IMG/VR virus record: IMGVR_UViG_3300015374_000002 | Location: 1 to 64,000 of that record | Reading direction: 5' to 3' (one strand) | DNA from: a virus | Lineage: Duplodnaviria > Caudoviricetes | DNA length: 64,000 bases | Shown: piece by piece, positions 1 to 10,363 of the stretch | How the letters are laid out: each line of letters begins with the position of its first letter | Numbering within the stretch: position 1 is the stretch's first letter | Notes under the pieces: model-generated | The model's input: the letters and a program-made list of their open reading frames with translations, nothing else | Told to the model about the DNA's origin: nothing | Database searches by the model: none | Made by a program: the position numbers and the translations under genes

Positions 1-48
1 CCCGCCAGCCGCCGACCACCCGCCACGCAACCGGCCGCTCCACCTCGT

Positions 49-1398
49 TCACTCGGCCGCCCCGTCGCCGCGTCGGACAGCACCCGGCACCCGATACACC
101 GTCTCCCCGGCCTGGGGCCGTTCCGGAAGGTCGTCCCGCACCGTCTTGCGGAGAATCCACTTCGGCCTCCGCACGAACGTCACCCCCTCGATCGCGTCCG
201 GCCCTTTCACCGGCCCCACAAGCCGATCGTGCTCGTCGCGGATGCCGACCCGGACCCGCCATCGCCAATGCCCACGCCGGGGATGCTGATACCGCAGCCC
301 TCGCCCGGGACGCTTCTGGTGCGGCTCAGCGTCGTCCAGGGCGTCCGCGCCGGGCGGCCGGTAGTTCAACACCCGAACCCGGTGAAAGGCCCCCTGCTTC
401 GCCTCAGGGGAGCGGGCTAGGGCCCGCCGGTGGGCGCGACTGCCCGGCTTGCCGCGCACACTCGGCATAGCGGGCGGCAGGCTCCAATCCTCCCAGCAGA
501 GCAACGCCGCATAATTCCACAGCACACCAGCGGCGCCCGAATCGACAGCCATCGGCACGGGGATGGGCCGCCACGAATACACCGGTTCCCCTGACAGGTA
601 ACGCTGCACTGTCGGCCTGGCCAGGATCAGAAAAGCTACCGAATGATCCACGGCCAGGTCGTCGTCGGCGGCGAGGAGCGCGCCCAGCAGCAGCGTGTCC
701 TCCCGGACCAGACCGTTTCCTGCCGCGTACGCCTCGACCGTGTCGTCATCACCGGCCACCACCGACAGCGGCACCCCATCGTGGAACACCATCACATACC
801 GGTCGGGCAGGCGAATGTCCTGCCAGCGCATCGGCGGGGGAGGCGTACCCGTCACCACGTCCAACGCGACAGGGGCCGGGATGAAGAACGGGGTGGCCAG
901 GTAACCGTAGGCGGCGCCGATCGCGTCCGAGACGCGCGCCAGACCGTCATCATAATTCCGATGTTCGAAGTCGAACGGCTTCATGACGTCCCTCGACATC
1001 ATGGTCCAGCGGATGGAACCGGCGTCAGCCGGAACGTACCCGGACACCCGGTCGGGGACCTTGCGCCATCGGTCGGTGGCCGTCTCGAACCGCTCGTCCG
1101 CAGCCTTCTTGGCGGCGAACATGGTCATCACGAACGAGATCAGATCGAGAGCGCCCTCAAGGTCCTTAAGGGCGTCGGGGACAACGTGGACGGGGACGGC
1201 GTCCTCGGGGAAATCATCCGGGTCGATCCCCAGCTTCCTCAGATGCGCACCAGCTCCCGAATCTTCGACCACGCGCTTGAAAGCGCGCGGCAGCATGCCC
1301 GAATCCTGAAGCCCGACCTTCTGATCTACATGTTCGCCGAACAGGAACCGCATGTCGGAGTCGGTCAAATTGATGGGGGTCCGGCCCGTTGGCGTCAT
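49..1398 (-). CDS. hypothetical phage protein (~449 aa)
   Basis: Long ORF; ATG at 1398 with AGGAGG RBS, GAGCGAC leader motif and motif-bearing promoter upstream. Confidence 0.8.
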   Translation of the reverse strand: MTPTGRTPINLTDSDMRFLFGEHVDQKVGLQDSGMLPRAFKRVVEDSGAGAHLRKLGIDPDDFPEDAVPVHVVPDALKDLEGALDLISFVMTMFAAKKAADERFETATDRWRKVPDRVSGYVPADAGSIRWTMMSRDVMKPFDFEHRNYDDGLARVSDAIGAAYGYLATPFFIPAPVALDVVTGTPPPPMRWQDIRLPDRYVMVFHDGVPLSVVAGDDDTVEAYAAGNGLVREDTLLLGALLAADDDLAVDHSVAFLILARPTVQRYLSGEPVYSWRPIPVPMAVDSGAAGVLWNYAALLCWEDWSLPPAMPSVRGKPGSRAHRRALARSPEAKQGAFHRVRVLNYRPPGADALDDAEPHQKRPGRGLRYQHPRRGHWRWRVRVGIRDEHDRLVGPVKGPDAIEGVTFVRRPKWILRKTVRDDLPERPQAGETVYRVPGAVRRGDGAAE

Positions 1399-1501
1399 GG
1401 CGTCTTTCCTCCTGGTGGTGTCGCTCCCACGCAACCCTACATCCATTTAGCGTAAAAGGTTGAGGGGGGGCGGCCAGTCGGCCGCCCCCCCTCTGTTCGA
1501 G

Positions 1502-1957
1502 TCAGACTTCCTGCGTATCCACGGTGAACACGGTCGCCGACGGCCGGAACAAACGATGGATGGGCCCGTACAGGTTGATGACCTCTTCCGGGCGGTGCGG
1601 GGATCCCGCTTCACCCAGTTGGTTGGGGACCAGCACCAGGTACCAGCCGTCCTTGTTGGTGCGCGCCAGCTCGTCCATCGGGCCGTCCACGTCCGGGTAG
1701 TGCGCGGCGGCGAACCACTGCATCCCGTCACGGTCCTGCCAGACGTCGCCGACCTCCGGCATGCCGTCAGCGGGCACCTTCCGGACGATCATGACGTTCT
1801 CGTCGTTGCGGTTGACATACACGAGCGCGCCTCGGTGCGGATCGGCGAAGACGAAGAACTCCGCACTGCCGTCGGGCTGGGATCCCTCCTCCAAGACGGT
1901 GACGTTCTTGAACGTGACGTCCAGCACTTCGCCCTTGAGATACTTCGGATTGTCCAT
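1502..1957 (-). CDS. hypothetical protein
   Basis: ATG at 1957 after AGAGCGACCAACCAGGAGG leader. Confidence 0.75.
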   Translation of the reverse strand: MDNPKYLKGEVLDVTFKNVTVLEEGSQPDGSAEFFVFADPHRGALVYVNRNDENVMIVRKVPADGMPEVGDVWQDRDGMQWFAAAHYPDVDGPMDELARTNKDGWYLVLVPNQLGEAGSPHRPEEVINLYGPIHRLFRPSATVFTVDTQEV

Positions 1958-2029
1958 GGATCCTCCTGGTTGGTCGCTCTTTGCCGACCCTGTCAGCATA
2001 CAGTCATTTAGCGCCATGTGCAATGGTGG

Positions 2030-2185
2030 TCATCGGGTGGACCGCCTGGCGTTCATGCGGTCTTTGATCTGCTGCTGAGTCGGGGGCGTGTAGCGGTGCC
2101 AGCCTGCGGCCGTGGTCCAGCGCTGGCCGTGGTCTCGCTGTTCAAGGCCGCAGTGGGTACAGCCGGACGGGGCGGGGTTCGCCAT
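2030..2185 (-). CDS. small hypothetical protein (CxxC, 51 aa)
   Basis: MANPAPSGCTHCGLEQRDHGQRW...; AAGGAG RBS. Confidence 0.6.
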   Translation of the reverse strand: MANPAPSGCTHCGLEQRDHGQRWTTAAGWHRYTPPTQQQIKDRMNARRSTR

Positions 2186-2267
2186 GTCTCACTCCTTGTT
2201 CGTCGTTCCGTCGGTGGCTTCAGAATGCAGACAGGACCCGGGTGTAGCACCCGGGTCCTGTGTCCTG

Positions 2268-2384
2268 CTACTTCTTGCCCTTGTTCTTGTCCGACTCCGG
2301 CACCCTCAGGGCCTTGCCCATGTCCTTGATGGCCTGACGTCCCCGCTCGGCCTGCTTGGCGGCCTCCGCCTTTTCGTCCTTCAT
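2268..2384 (-). CDS. small charged protein (38 aa)
   Basis: MKDEKAEAAKQAERG...; own promoter motif, GAGCGAC + AGGAG RBS, hairpin downstream. Confidence 0.55.
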   Translation of the reverse strand: MKDEKAEAAKQAERGRQAIKDMGKALRVPESDKNKGKK

Positions 2385-2471
2385 GCTGTGCTCCTGATGT
2401 TGTCGCTCTGCCAACACTTAAAGCATACAGGCATTTAGCGTCAGGCTCAAGGGGCTTCAGAAGCAAGATCC

Positions 2472-2942
2472 CTAGGGGTTCACGATCAGATCCCGCCCAC
2501 GGCCATACCAGCCGCAGTTGCAGAACACCCCCTCCCGGGGATGATCGGGACACCCGTCGCTGTACCGCTTCACGGCGGCCAGCAGTGACGGATGCGCCGT
2601 CTCCACCAGGGCGACGCTGCCCGTGGCCGCCGGATGCCCATTCCACGTCTTCACTACCGGCCGCCCGCGACCGGTCAGCCATTCGGCCAGCTCCTCCAAC
2701 TCGCCCAGCCGCAACGGGTTGGCGGGCCGCCCGCCGGGTCCCGACTCCCGGAGTCGGTCCGGAACGTTGAGCACCACGACCGGGTGGCCGTCCCAGCCGC
2801 GCGGGACGAAGTACAGGATCCGGTCAGGCTCGGCGTCCACCAGGACGCCGTGGTGGGAGATGAGCGCCCCGTCGGGCTGCTCCGTCTCATACAGCCAGCG
2901 CAGGCCGATCTCCAGGGCTGCGCTATGGGGATGGTCGTTCAT
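2472..2942 (-). CDS. hypothetical protein
   Basis: ATG at 2942 with GGAGG RBS and leader motif; C-terminal CPDH..FCNC motif. Confidence 0.7.
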   Translation of the reverse strand: MNDHPHSAALEIGLRWLYETEQPDGALISHHGVLVDAEPDRILYFVPRGWDGHPVVVLNVPDRLRESGPGGRPANPLRLGELEELAEWLTGRGRPVVKTWNGHPAATGSVALVETAHPSLLAAVKRYSDGCPDHPREGVFCNCGWYGRGRDLIVNP

Positions 2943-3107
2943 GATCTCCTCCGGGGCGTCGTCGCTCTGTCGATCCACAAGCATACAGTCATTTAGCGCA
3001 TACGAAAAGGGGGTTGGCGGCATCCACCAAACTTCCCGCCAACCAATCACGCGCCACACGCGTCTCACTCGTTGTTACGTTCCAACACCTCAAAAACTGG
3101 AGCAGCG

Positions 3108-3527
3108 TTGCTCAAGCAACTCCTCGCCGCCACCGTCCTCGCCGGATCCGCCCTGGCCGTCGGCGTCACCCCTGCCCTCGCGCAGACCGCGCCCACCATC
3201 CAGGCCGACGACCACCGGGACCACGACTGGCGAGGCCACGGCCGCGACCACCACCGGCCGTTCCTGCGCTGGATCACCGCCGCCACGCCGCTCGTCCAGC
3301 AGCCCACCTGCCACACCCCCGGCAAGATCGCAGCCCCGTCGGTCCGAGGCGTCCAGTACACCCTCAAGAGCCACTGGCGGCCCATGACCATGACCCCCGG
3401 CACCTGGTACGCCAAGGCGCCCGGCCACTACCAGGTGGAGGCCACCGCCGAACGCGGCTACCTCCTCCAGGGCCAGCGCTCCTGGACCATCGACCTGCGC
3501 CCCCCCCGCTGGTGCCACCACCGCTAA
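3108..3527 (+). CDS. putative secreted protein
   Basis: TTG start after GGAG; signal-peptide-like LKQLLAATVLAGSALAVGVTPALA. Confidence 0.65.
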   Translation: MLKQLLAATVLAGSALAVGVTPALAQTAPTIQADDHRDHDWRGHGRDHHRPFLRWITAATPLVQQPTCHTPGKIAAPSVRGVQYTLKSHWRPMTMTPGTWYAKAPGHYQVEATAERGYLLQGQRSWTIDLRPPRWCHHR

Positions 3528-3539
3528 CCCGTAACGCAC

Positions 3540-3572
3540 AAAGCGCCCGCCCCGGGGAAGGGCGGGCGCTTT
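3540..3572. terminator. bidirectional terminator-like hairpin
   Basis: aaagcgcccgccc / gggcgggcgcttt inverted repeat between convergent genes. Confidence 0.7.
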
Positions 3573-3583
3573 CGCGTGCAGAT

Positions 3584-4297
3584 CTAGTTGCGGATGACGG
3601 TAGCCCTACGAGTCTCCACCGCGATAGACCGCGCCGACCTCGACGGCGAACCGATCCTCTTCTCCGCCTCCGGCGCCGCGCCGGGCCCCAACAGCAGCGC
3701 CAACGCCTTACTGATGTCGCCGCCAGCCTCCCGGGACCGGTCAACCCCATCCACGATCACCTGAAGGCCGCCGATACCCCACTGCTTCCGGACCCGCGCA
3801 TACCCCAGACGCAGGACGCGGGTATCGGTTTCGACGCCGATCACCCAGCGCCCGTTCTCGTCCTCCCCGACCTCAACGGGCAGCTTCCCCGTCCGGGTCA
3901 TCGCCTGGTAGGCCGCCTGGACGATAGACGGCGCATCCTCGATCGGCCGCGCGGGCGGCATCGGCTCGATCACCGGCGGCTTCTCTTCCCCGGCGACGAC
4001 AGGGGCAGGATCCTGCCCGCTGTCCTCCTCCTTGAAGATCCTCACCAGGTCCTCAAAGCCCTGCGCCAGCGGCTGGGGAACCCCGCCGATGGCGAGCGTC
4101 GAACCCTTCCGCCGAACCTTCCCGTTGGCTTTGATGTCGAAGTCAACGGTTACCCGTACACGGTCGCTTTCGGTGGTCATCCGCCACGTACGGACGTCGA
4201 GCCGCTCGATGCGACCGTCATGACCGGTGGCCTCCTTCAGTCTGGCCACCAAGTCTGAGATGACCTTCGGCACGAACGTCTCTGCGGGATTTTCCAT
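3584..4297 (-). CDS. hypothetical protein
   Basis: 237-aa ORF, AGGAGG RBS, leader motif. Confidence 0.8.
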   Translation of the reverse strand: MENPAETFVPKVISDLVARLKEATGHDGRIERLDVRTWRMTTESDRVRVTVDFDIKANGKVRRKGSTLAIGGVPQPLAQGFEDLVRIFKEEDSGQDPAPVVAGEEKPPVIEPMPPARPIEDAPSIVQAAYQAMTRTGKLPVEVGEDENGRWVIGVETDTRVLRLGYARVRKQWGIGGLQVIVDGVDRSREAGGDISKALALLLGPGAAPEAEKRIGSPSRSARSIAVETRRATVIRN

Positions 4298-4439
4298 ACA
4301 CTGCCTCCTGGGGGCTGGGTCGCTCTTCCACCACCACTGTACGGCCGTTTAGCGTGAGCTGGCAGGAAAAAAGGGGCGACCGACTGGCCACCCCTCCCTT
4401 TCGGCGCTACGACCAGCCGGACGTCTTCACTGTCGGTGG

Positions 4440-5132
4440 TCAGGCGATGCGCTGGATGTCGGCGAAGACGACGGTCCCGGCGGCGTCACGGTCGAAGGTG
4501 CGCTCCCCAGAGTGGTGGACGAAGCGGTACGTCCCCGGCGGAACGTCCACGACGTTGTCACTCCAGCCCAGTTTCGCAGGGTCGCCGCCACGGCTCTTCC
4601 AATGCTCGAAGTCCGCGATGGAGTAGGCCCACAGGTCCGTGCAGATAGCCGCCAGCCGGTCGCTGTCCGGCAGCGACGGGTTCTCGTCCTCGTCATATTC
4701 CGGACTGGCGATGACGTACTCGTCCGGCCCTACGCGGTACAGGCCGGGGCAGGAGTTGCCCACTGGCCCGTACGCGCAGCCGACGGCGGCCATCGCCTCG
4801 ATCGCCTGCGCCTGACCCAGGGTCGAGTTGTAACCGGCGAACGTGCGCTCGTCCCAGTCGTAGAAGGGGCGAAGGTCGTCAGTTACGATGATCTTCCCGG
4901 ACGGCACGTCCAGCGTGATCGTCGTAGTGATGCCCTCCGGATAAGGGCACGGGTCCTGCGCATAGACGGCATCCGCGTCGATCCGGAGAGCCGGGCGCTG
5001 GTCGCAGACGGCGCAGTCACGCGCGTCCATAACGATCATCGGCGCCCCTTCGCCGGGCAACCGGAGCACGTCCACATCGCCCGTGTGGGAGATCAGGTGC
5101 CCGTTGGGGTTCAAAGGCAGTGTGTCGATCAT
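4440..5132 (-). CDS. hypothetical protein
   Basis: ATG at 5132 with AGGAGG RBS; promoter TTGTCT-17-TAGTCT upstream. Confidence 0.8.
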   Translation of the reverse strand: MIDTLPLNPNGHLISHTGDVDVLRLPGEGAPMIVMDARDCAVCDQRPALRIDADAVYAQDPCPYPEGITTTITLDVPSGKIIVTDDLRPFYDWDERTFAGYNSTLGQAQAIEAMAAVGCAYGPVGNSCPGLYRVGPDEYVIASPEYDEDENPSLPDSDRLAAICTDLWAYSIADFEHWKSRGGDPAKLGWSDNVVDVPPGTYRFVHHSGERTFDRDAAGTVVFADIQRIA

Positions 5133-5237
5133 CGGTCCTCCTGGTGGTGTCGCTCCATGCCAGACTACAGTCATTTAGCGCCACAGACAAGGGGGGGCGC
5201 TCCTGCTCGCCGACGTCGCCGCACATGCGCTCCAAAC

Positions 5238-5275
5238 AAACAACGCCCGGAGGCTAAGCTCTCCGGGCGTTGTTT
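5238..5275 (-). terminator. intrinsic terminator after major capsid gene
   Basis: 15-bp inverted repeat aaacaacgcccggag/ctccgggcgttgttt just past the stop at 5294. Confidence 0.8.
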
Positions 5276-5293
5276 GCGTTTCCTGGTCGAACC

Positions 5294-7172
5294 TTACGAC
5301 GGCGTGGTAAACGCGCCGACGACGAACGACTCAGGTCGGTCAACTACGAGGCCCAAGCGCTCCTCACATCTGCTCTCTGTTACCTCCCGCATCTGAGTGC
5401 GGGCGGCCAGGTCATTTCTGCCTGGCTCTACGTCTTTTCCATCGACGTAGGTCGGACTGTATCTTCAACTCCAGATCCACCCCGGCTATACCGGCCCGGA
5501 CGGACCTCTTGAAGTTGCCGCACGCACAAGTCTCTACGGACGCCCCGGTACGGGTTGCCTCGGTATTCCCCACGATTTTGGAGGGGTTCACCGATACAGT
5601 GCGGTTTTCACTGACACGTCACCGTGTCAGGCACCCAGATTGAGTGTGATGGCGTTGCGCTCGAACATGTCTCGGTTCTCAGTGCTGCATGTCTGTTACC
5701 TCTCGCCACAACAAGGACGAGTGGCCGGGTCGTTTCCGCCCGGCTCTGCACCTTTTCCATCGATGCAGTTCGGACTGTATCTTCGGCTCCAGTCCCGTCC
5801 GGCTTACACTGGCCGGGCCGGTCCTATCGGAGTCGCCTCGCGCACAAGTCTCTACGGAGTCCCCAGTGCGGGTTCCCTCGGTATTCCCCAGAAGTGGTCT
5901 CTATGCAGTTAGCGGCGGGGTTCACCGATACAGCGAGGTTTTCACTGACACGTCACCGTGTCAGGCGGCCAGCTCATATTCGACCGCGATGTTGATCTGT
6001 TCCCTGTCATACAGTTTGGCGCCGTACCCGAAGGCGCCCAGGAGGTATTGGCCTTCGTTCATGGCCGGGGTGGCGACGACATCCAGCCGCCACATGCGCT
6101 GCTCTGCCCCGATCGCGATGTTCATGACGAGGCGGTAGTGGCCGTCCTCGGTCATTTCGAGTTCGAGGTCTTCCCAGTCGAGCGGGTGGATGACGACGCC
6201 GGACGGGTTGAAGTAGGCGAGGGTCGCCTTGGTGATGGCCCGCCGGATTTGCGCGGTGAGCGGGTCGGCGCTGGATCCGGTGTAGGTCTGAATGCCGGGC
6301 GTGTTGATGATTCCGGTCAGATTGTCGCCGACGCCGTCGCCGTACAAAATCTGTTCGTCTTCGACCATCTTGATGCCGTCGACCAGTTCACGGTCGATAA
6401 GTCCGCGCATTCTCGGCTCGTCCGCCAGCGTCTGCTTGTGGACGTACATGATGTGGGCGATGGTGGCGAGCGGGTACGTGACCGGGGTGAGTGCGAGGTC
6501 GGACTTGGGCTTCAGTCCGTAGACGTCGGTCGGGCCTCCGGTCGCAGGTGAGACGCCGTCTGCAGCGGTGCGTTCGGGGACGACCGCCGCGTTGTTCGTG
6601 TAGCCGGTCTGGCGGATTCCGTAAAGGACGTTCGCGGTCGTGGTTTCCGCCGGGAATAGGTCGCGGACGCGGCCGGGGCGGAGCATTCGGGTGGTCCACC
6701 CGAGGTCTTGGGGGTGGCCCAGGGCGTTGATGTTCGGAATGGTTCCGGCCATCGAGCTGTAAATGTCTTTGCCTTCGAGGCGGCCGTCGAATGATGCGAC
6801 GGCGCCGACCTGGCGGAACCGGGATGCCTTCATTTCCTCCCACTCGTCGGAGTGGAGGAAGCGTTCGGACAGGGACTTGGTGGCCATCATTCCGGCGGCC
6901 TGCTGTGCCTGTTCGGTGGCGGCGGCGGGTGCGTCTCCGGCGGGCTGGTTGAGGAAGTCGAAGGTGCCGCCTGCCTTCTCTTCCAGCGTGATCATCCGCT
7001 GGATCTGTTCGGCTTCGGTGATGGCCTTCTCGTAGGCGGTGGCCTGTTCGGTGGAGATGGTGACGTTGCCGTCTTCGATCTTCCACGAGGTGGCGATGTC
7101 TTCGATCTGGGTGGCTTTGGCCTGAAGGGCGGAGTTCAGCTCCTTCAGGCGGGACTTGTCTACCGTGGGCAT
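5294..7172 (-). CDS. major capsid protein (HK97 fold), spliced: exons 5983-7172, 5643-5687, 5294-5372 (437 aa)
   Basis: HK97-type capsid sequence (..ILYGDGVGDNLTGI..). The missing C-terminus is restored in frame by removing two introns: ..QINIAV|STENRDMFERNAITL|RCEERLGLVVDRPESFVVGAFTTPS*. Confidence 0.92.
5373..5642 (-). ncRNA. group I intron 2 in capsid gene (270 nt)
   Basis: U at 5' splice site, terminal G; GGUG pairs CACU (P1) and AUCUG pairs CAGAU (P10); same R/S core as intron 1. Confidence 0.88.
5688..5982 (-). ncRNA. group I intron 1 in capsid gene (295 nt)
   Basis: Exon ends in U, intron ends in G; IGS GCCGC pairs with exon GCGGU (P1) and GCUG with CAGC (P10); R-like GUAGAGACU and S-like GAAGAUACAGUCCG. 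Confidence 0.88.
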
Positions 7173-7702
7173 GGATGCTCCAGGCGAACGGCGGCACGTC
7201 TCACGCTCGGGGGGGTTCACGTGGCGTTTCCGCTAACCACGGGGTGGTGGCTGCCGTTCGCCCGGTCAGCACCGGGACGACACGATCATGAGGACCGTAG
7301 ACCAGGACAGATGCTAAGGTCGCGGGCTGCGTCGATGAATTTTCAAGATTTCGTGCACGCGCACCTGTACGTAGCGTTACTCGGACACTACTGTGTGACC
7401 TCAGCGCACGACTCAAGGGCGGCGGCCGGGACAATGGGCCGTCGCAAGGGACACGGCGACGTGTCCCCGTGACGGCCAGACCCGGGGCGATCGTCGGGAG
7501 TCGGGGGCCGCGCTGCGAACCGTCATACTCCGGGGGGAGATCCGCCAAGGGGGTGCGGATGGCGGCGTGCAGGGCGGCCCCTCGCGCCTTTCTGCCGGGT
7601 CCGTGCACCGGCGGAGCATGCCCAGGTCGCCGGAGGGCACGTTCGGGGATTGCCTGCGCCACATCCCCCCGAGGGTGTTGTAGGCAATCCCCGTGAAGGG
7701 GC

Positions 7703-9415
7703 TCACAGGCGGCGTGCGGAAGCCTCCGCCAGCGCCCGGTAGCCGCGCGCCAGAAGTGTCGGGTCGATCGTCTTGGTGTCCGGCCGGGCTGATGGGGCGG
7801 TGGAGTCGGATGCCACGATCGGCTCAGAGGGGGCGTCGTCCAGTTCGTCGTCGGCCTGCTTCGGCCGGGCGTCGATCTCCAGTCCGGCCGCCTTCAAAAC
7901 CGCCACCAACGACTCCACCGCGCCGAGCAGGCGGCGTTCGTTGGCCGCCGACAGGACACGGCCCGCCTTGGTCTGCGGCGCGTGTGTCAGCCAGGCTTTC
8001 ACGCCGGAGGTGACGTCCTCGATCTGGGAGGGGAAGGGCAGCATCTTCTCGCCCGTCTCCTCCTGTCCGTCCACCGACACCAGCAGTTCGACCGGTTCCG
8101 GTTCGGCCAGGGCGATCGTCTCCGACGTCGTCTCGCCGCCGACGCTGTAGGGCACCTCGAACGCCTTGGCCGCGCCGTCCTCGGCGTAGACGTTCAGTAC
8201 GGCGTGGTCCGGCCAGGTGCCCATCACCTCTATGTGCACCGCGTTGGCGAAGGTCTTGGCCGCCTCCTGCCGGATCTGCTCGCGCAGCTCTTCGTAGGTG
8301 CCGGGCAGGTGCGGGAACAGGGTGGACTCGATCGTCTCCGCCTGGTCGTCCTTCTTGCCCGCGTGGGAGGTGGCTTTGAGCTTCTCCCATTCGGCGACCG
8401 CCTTGGCGGCCTTCGCCTGGGTGTCGGGGTTGACGCCGTCGCCGCCGCGCGCCCACTTCTTCACCGTGGCGATGGCGATGGGGATGGCCCGGTCCAGCGG
8501 GGTGCCGCGCTTCTCGTGGATGGAGCGGGCGATCTCCCGGATGTAGGCGGGTAGTTCGCCTGCCTTTTCGACCCAGTTCTGCTTGGGGGAGCGGTTCAGG
8601 CTGGCACTGGAACCCTTCCCCTCGGTGCTGCCGTCACCGTCGTTGTCGGCGTCACCGTCGGCTTCCTGGTCTTCTTCTCCCGGTTCCGCCGCCTCATCCT
8701 CTTCGGCGTCTTGGTCGGCTTCTTCCTCATCCGCCTCATCCGGGTCTGCGTCGTCGTCGGGCTGCTCCGGTACGGCCGCCTCGTCCAGCAGTTCGTCGTC
8801 GGGCACTGCTTCCGCTTCGGCGTCCAACTCCGTCAATTCCTCGACGTCCAGCGTCTTGACCGCCAGCGTGGACGACATGCTGTTCGCGCCGAAAAGCACC
8901 GGCGAGTATTCGAAAAGGTCAATCTCCTTGATGCGGCGTACGCCGTCCTTGCCCCGGGTGGACTTGCCCGCCGGGACGCGGTAGCCCACCGACCATTCGC
9001 ACTCCGGGCCGAAGAACTTCACGTTCTGGTAGGCGTCGGAACCTTCCTTGGTGGCGAGGTTGTACTGCGTCTTGACGTAGAGGGCCCCGGCGCCCTGCGG
9101 CCACGCCTGACCGTCCTTCGTCTGAGCAGGTAGACGTGAATCGCCCGGCATCCACTCTTCGATGACCAGCGTCTTACTGGCCCATCGATGCCAATCGTGG
9201 TGAAAGATCCCCTTGGGGGTGCGCGTCTTCAGCGTCTTGGCGTAGGCGCCCGGCTCAATGATGTCGTCGTCATGGTCGCGGACCCCGGTGACGGACACGA
9301 TCGCCTCGACCACGCCGGTGGCGTCGTCGGTGTCCAGCAGGCCGACATCGGGTGCGGTCGCCGCAGCCTTGCGCTCCAGCCCGCCCCGTCGTTGTTCTTC
9401 CGTGGCAGTGGACAC
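7703..9415 (-). CDS. HK97-family prohead (capsid maturation) protease with C-terminal extension
   Basis: DDDIIEPGAY, IFHHDW, WSVGY, IDLFEYSPVLFGAN motifs; directly upstream of capsid gene. Confidence 0.9.
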   Translation of the reverse strand: MSTATEEQRRGGLERKAAATAPDVGLLDTDDATGVVEAIVSVTGVRDHDDDIIEPGAYAKTLKTRTPKGIFHHDWHRWASKTLVIEEWMPGDSRLPAQTKDGQAWPQGAGALYVKTQYNLATKEGSDAYQNVKFFGPECEWSVGYRVPAGKSTRGKDGVRRIKEIDLFEYSPVLFGANSMSSTLAVKTLDVEELTELDAEAEAVPDDELLDEAAVPEQPDDDADPDEADEEEADQDAEEDEAAEPGEEDQEADGDADNDGDGSTEGKGSSASLNRSPKQNWVEKAGELPAYIREIARSIHEKRGTPLDRAIPIAIATVKKWARGGDGVNPDTQAKAAKAVAEWEKLKATSHAGKKDDQAETIESTLFPHLPGTYEELREQIRQEAAKTFANAVHIEVMGTWPDHAVLNVYAEDGAAKAFEVPYSVGGETTSETIALAEPEPVELLVSVDGQEETGEKMLPFPSQIEDVTSGVKAWLTHAPQTKAGRVLSAANERRLLGAVESLVAVLKAAGLEIDARPKQADDELDDAPSEPIVASDSTAPSARPDTKTIDPTLLARGYRALAEASARRL

Positions 9416-9532
9416 GGTTTGCCCCTCCTCGCACGTACGCGGGGGTGGGCGCGCGTGTCTCGGGGCAACGTAAGGGCCGCGACCCGTTTAGGTCGCGCCC
9501 TCCCGCCACGTGGAAGGGCGCGACAGTGGTGG

Positions 9533-9805
9533 TTAGACGCCGGGGTTCTCAGCGTCCAGCCCCTCCAGCCCGGCTACCCGCTCCTCCAGCGCGGTGAAGT
9601 CCACGGCGGGGTGGGCGGCCTTGATGTCGGCGATGTCCTGTCGGATGCCCGCCAGGGCCGCGTCGATGCGGCCTACGAAGGCGTCGAGGTCTTCCTGCTG
9701 CGTCATGATGATGGTCACCTTTCTGTCGATCTCCGTCAGAGTGCACTGTGCCCTGAACAGGAGATACCGGAGGTTCCGCCAGGCCCTGCGGATGAGGTTG
9801 CGCAT
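9533..9805 (-). CDS. small coiled-coil protein
   Basis: ORF in head module; start uncertain. Confidence 0.6.
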   Translation of the reverse strand: MRNLIRRAWRNLRYLLFRAQCTLTEIDRKVTIIMTQQEDLDAFVGRIDAALAGIRQDIADIKAAHPAVDFTALEERVAGLEGLDAENPGV

Positions 9806-9883
9806 CAGGCGGCTCTCTTCCTGGCGCGGTCTACATGGTCACCAGGATGACCCGGAGGGTTCGTTAGGGTCGCGGCCATGACG

Positions 9884-9918
9884 AAAGCCCGCCAGCCGGA
9901 CGGCGTGGCGGGCTTTTT
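9884..9918. terminator. terminator-like hairpin
   Basis: aaagcccgcca ... tggcgggcttt inverted repeat. Confidence 0.6.
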
Positions 9919-9928
9919 GTGGGGATGG

Positions 9929-10363
9929 TCAGTGTTGGGCGAGCCAGTGGGCAACGTCCTGCTTCAGCTCCAGCGGAGCCGCCTGCCAGGACGGCAGTTT
10001 GAGCAGGTTGATCAGGAAGTCGCGCTGCTCGGCCTCTGGGGCAGAGGACAGGCCCACGCCGTCCAGGAGGCTGGCCGTGGTGGTGGCCAGGCGCAGGATG
10101 CCGTCGTCGTAGGCCCAGACGTTCCAGGTGCTCTTGACGGCGTCGGCGACATCGGGTTCGGCCAGGACGTCGCCGGGCGGCGACCAGGTGGGAAGGGTGG
10201 TGGGTGCCGGGACCGCCATGTAAGTGCGGGCGATCATGATGTTGTCGGCGTATTCGCGGATCTCTGCTTCGACGGCGCCGGTGGCGTCGGGCAGGACCTT
10301 GCCGGTGGCGTCGGTGAAGGTGATTTCGGATCGGTCTCCACCGGCGGGGGTGCGCTCGTTCAT
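9929..10363 (-). CDS. hypothetical protein
   Basis: ORF with own promoter TTGCAT-18-TATACT (~10460-10489); start uncertain. Confidence 0.65.
   Translation of the reverse strand: MNERTPAGGDRSEITFTDATGKVLPDATGAVEAEIREYADNIMIARTYMAVPAPTTLPTWSPPGDVLAEPDVADAVKSTWNVWAYDDGILRLATTTASLLDGVGLSSAPEAEQRDFLINLLKLPSWQAAPLELKQDVAHWLAQH

Noticed and set aside
5373-5982. Homing endonuclease ORF, IS element or intein in the capsid inserts
   Set aside because: Inserts are under 300 nt with in-frame stops, no terminal inverted repeats and no plausible protein
5961-7220. Capsid gene as a truncated pseudogene (per ORF track)
   Set aside because: The stop lies inside intron 1; the missing C-terminus is present as two downstream exons with correct splice signatures
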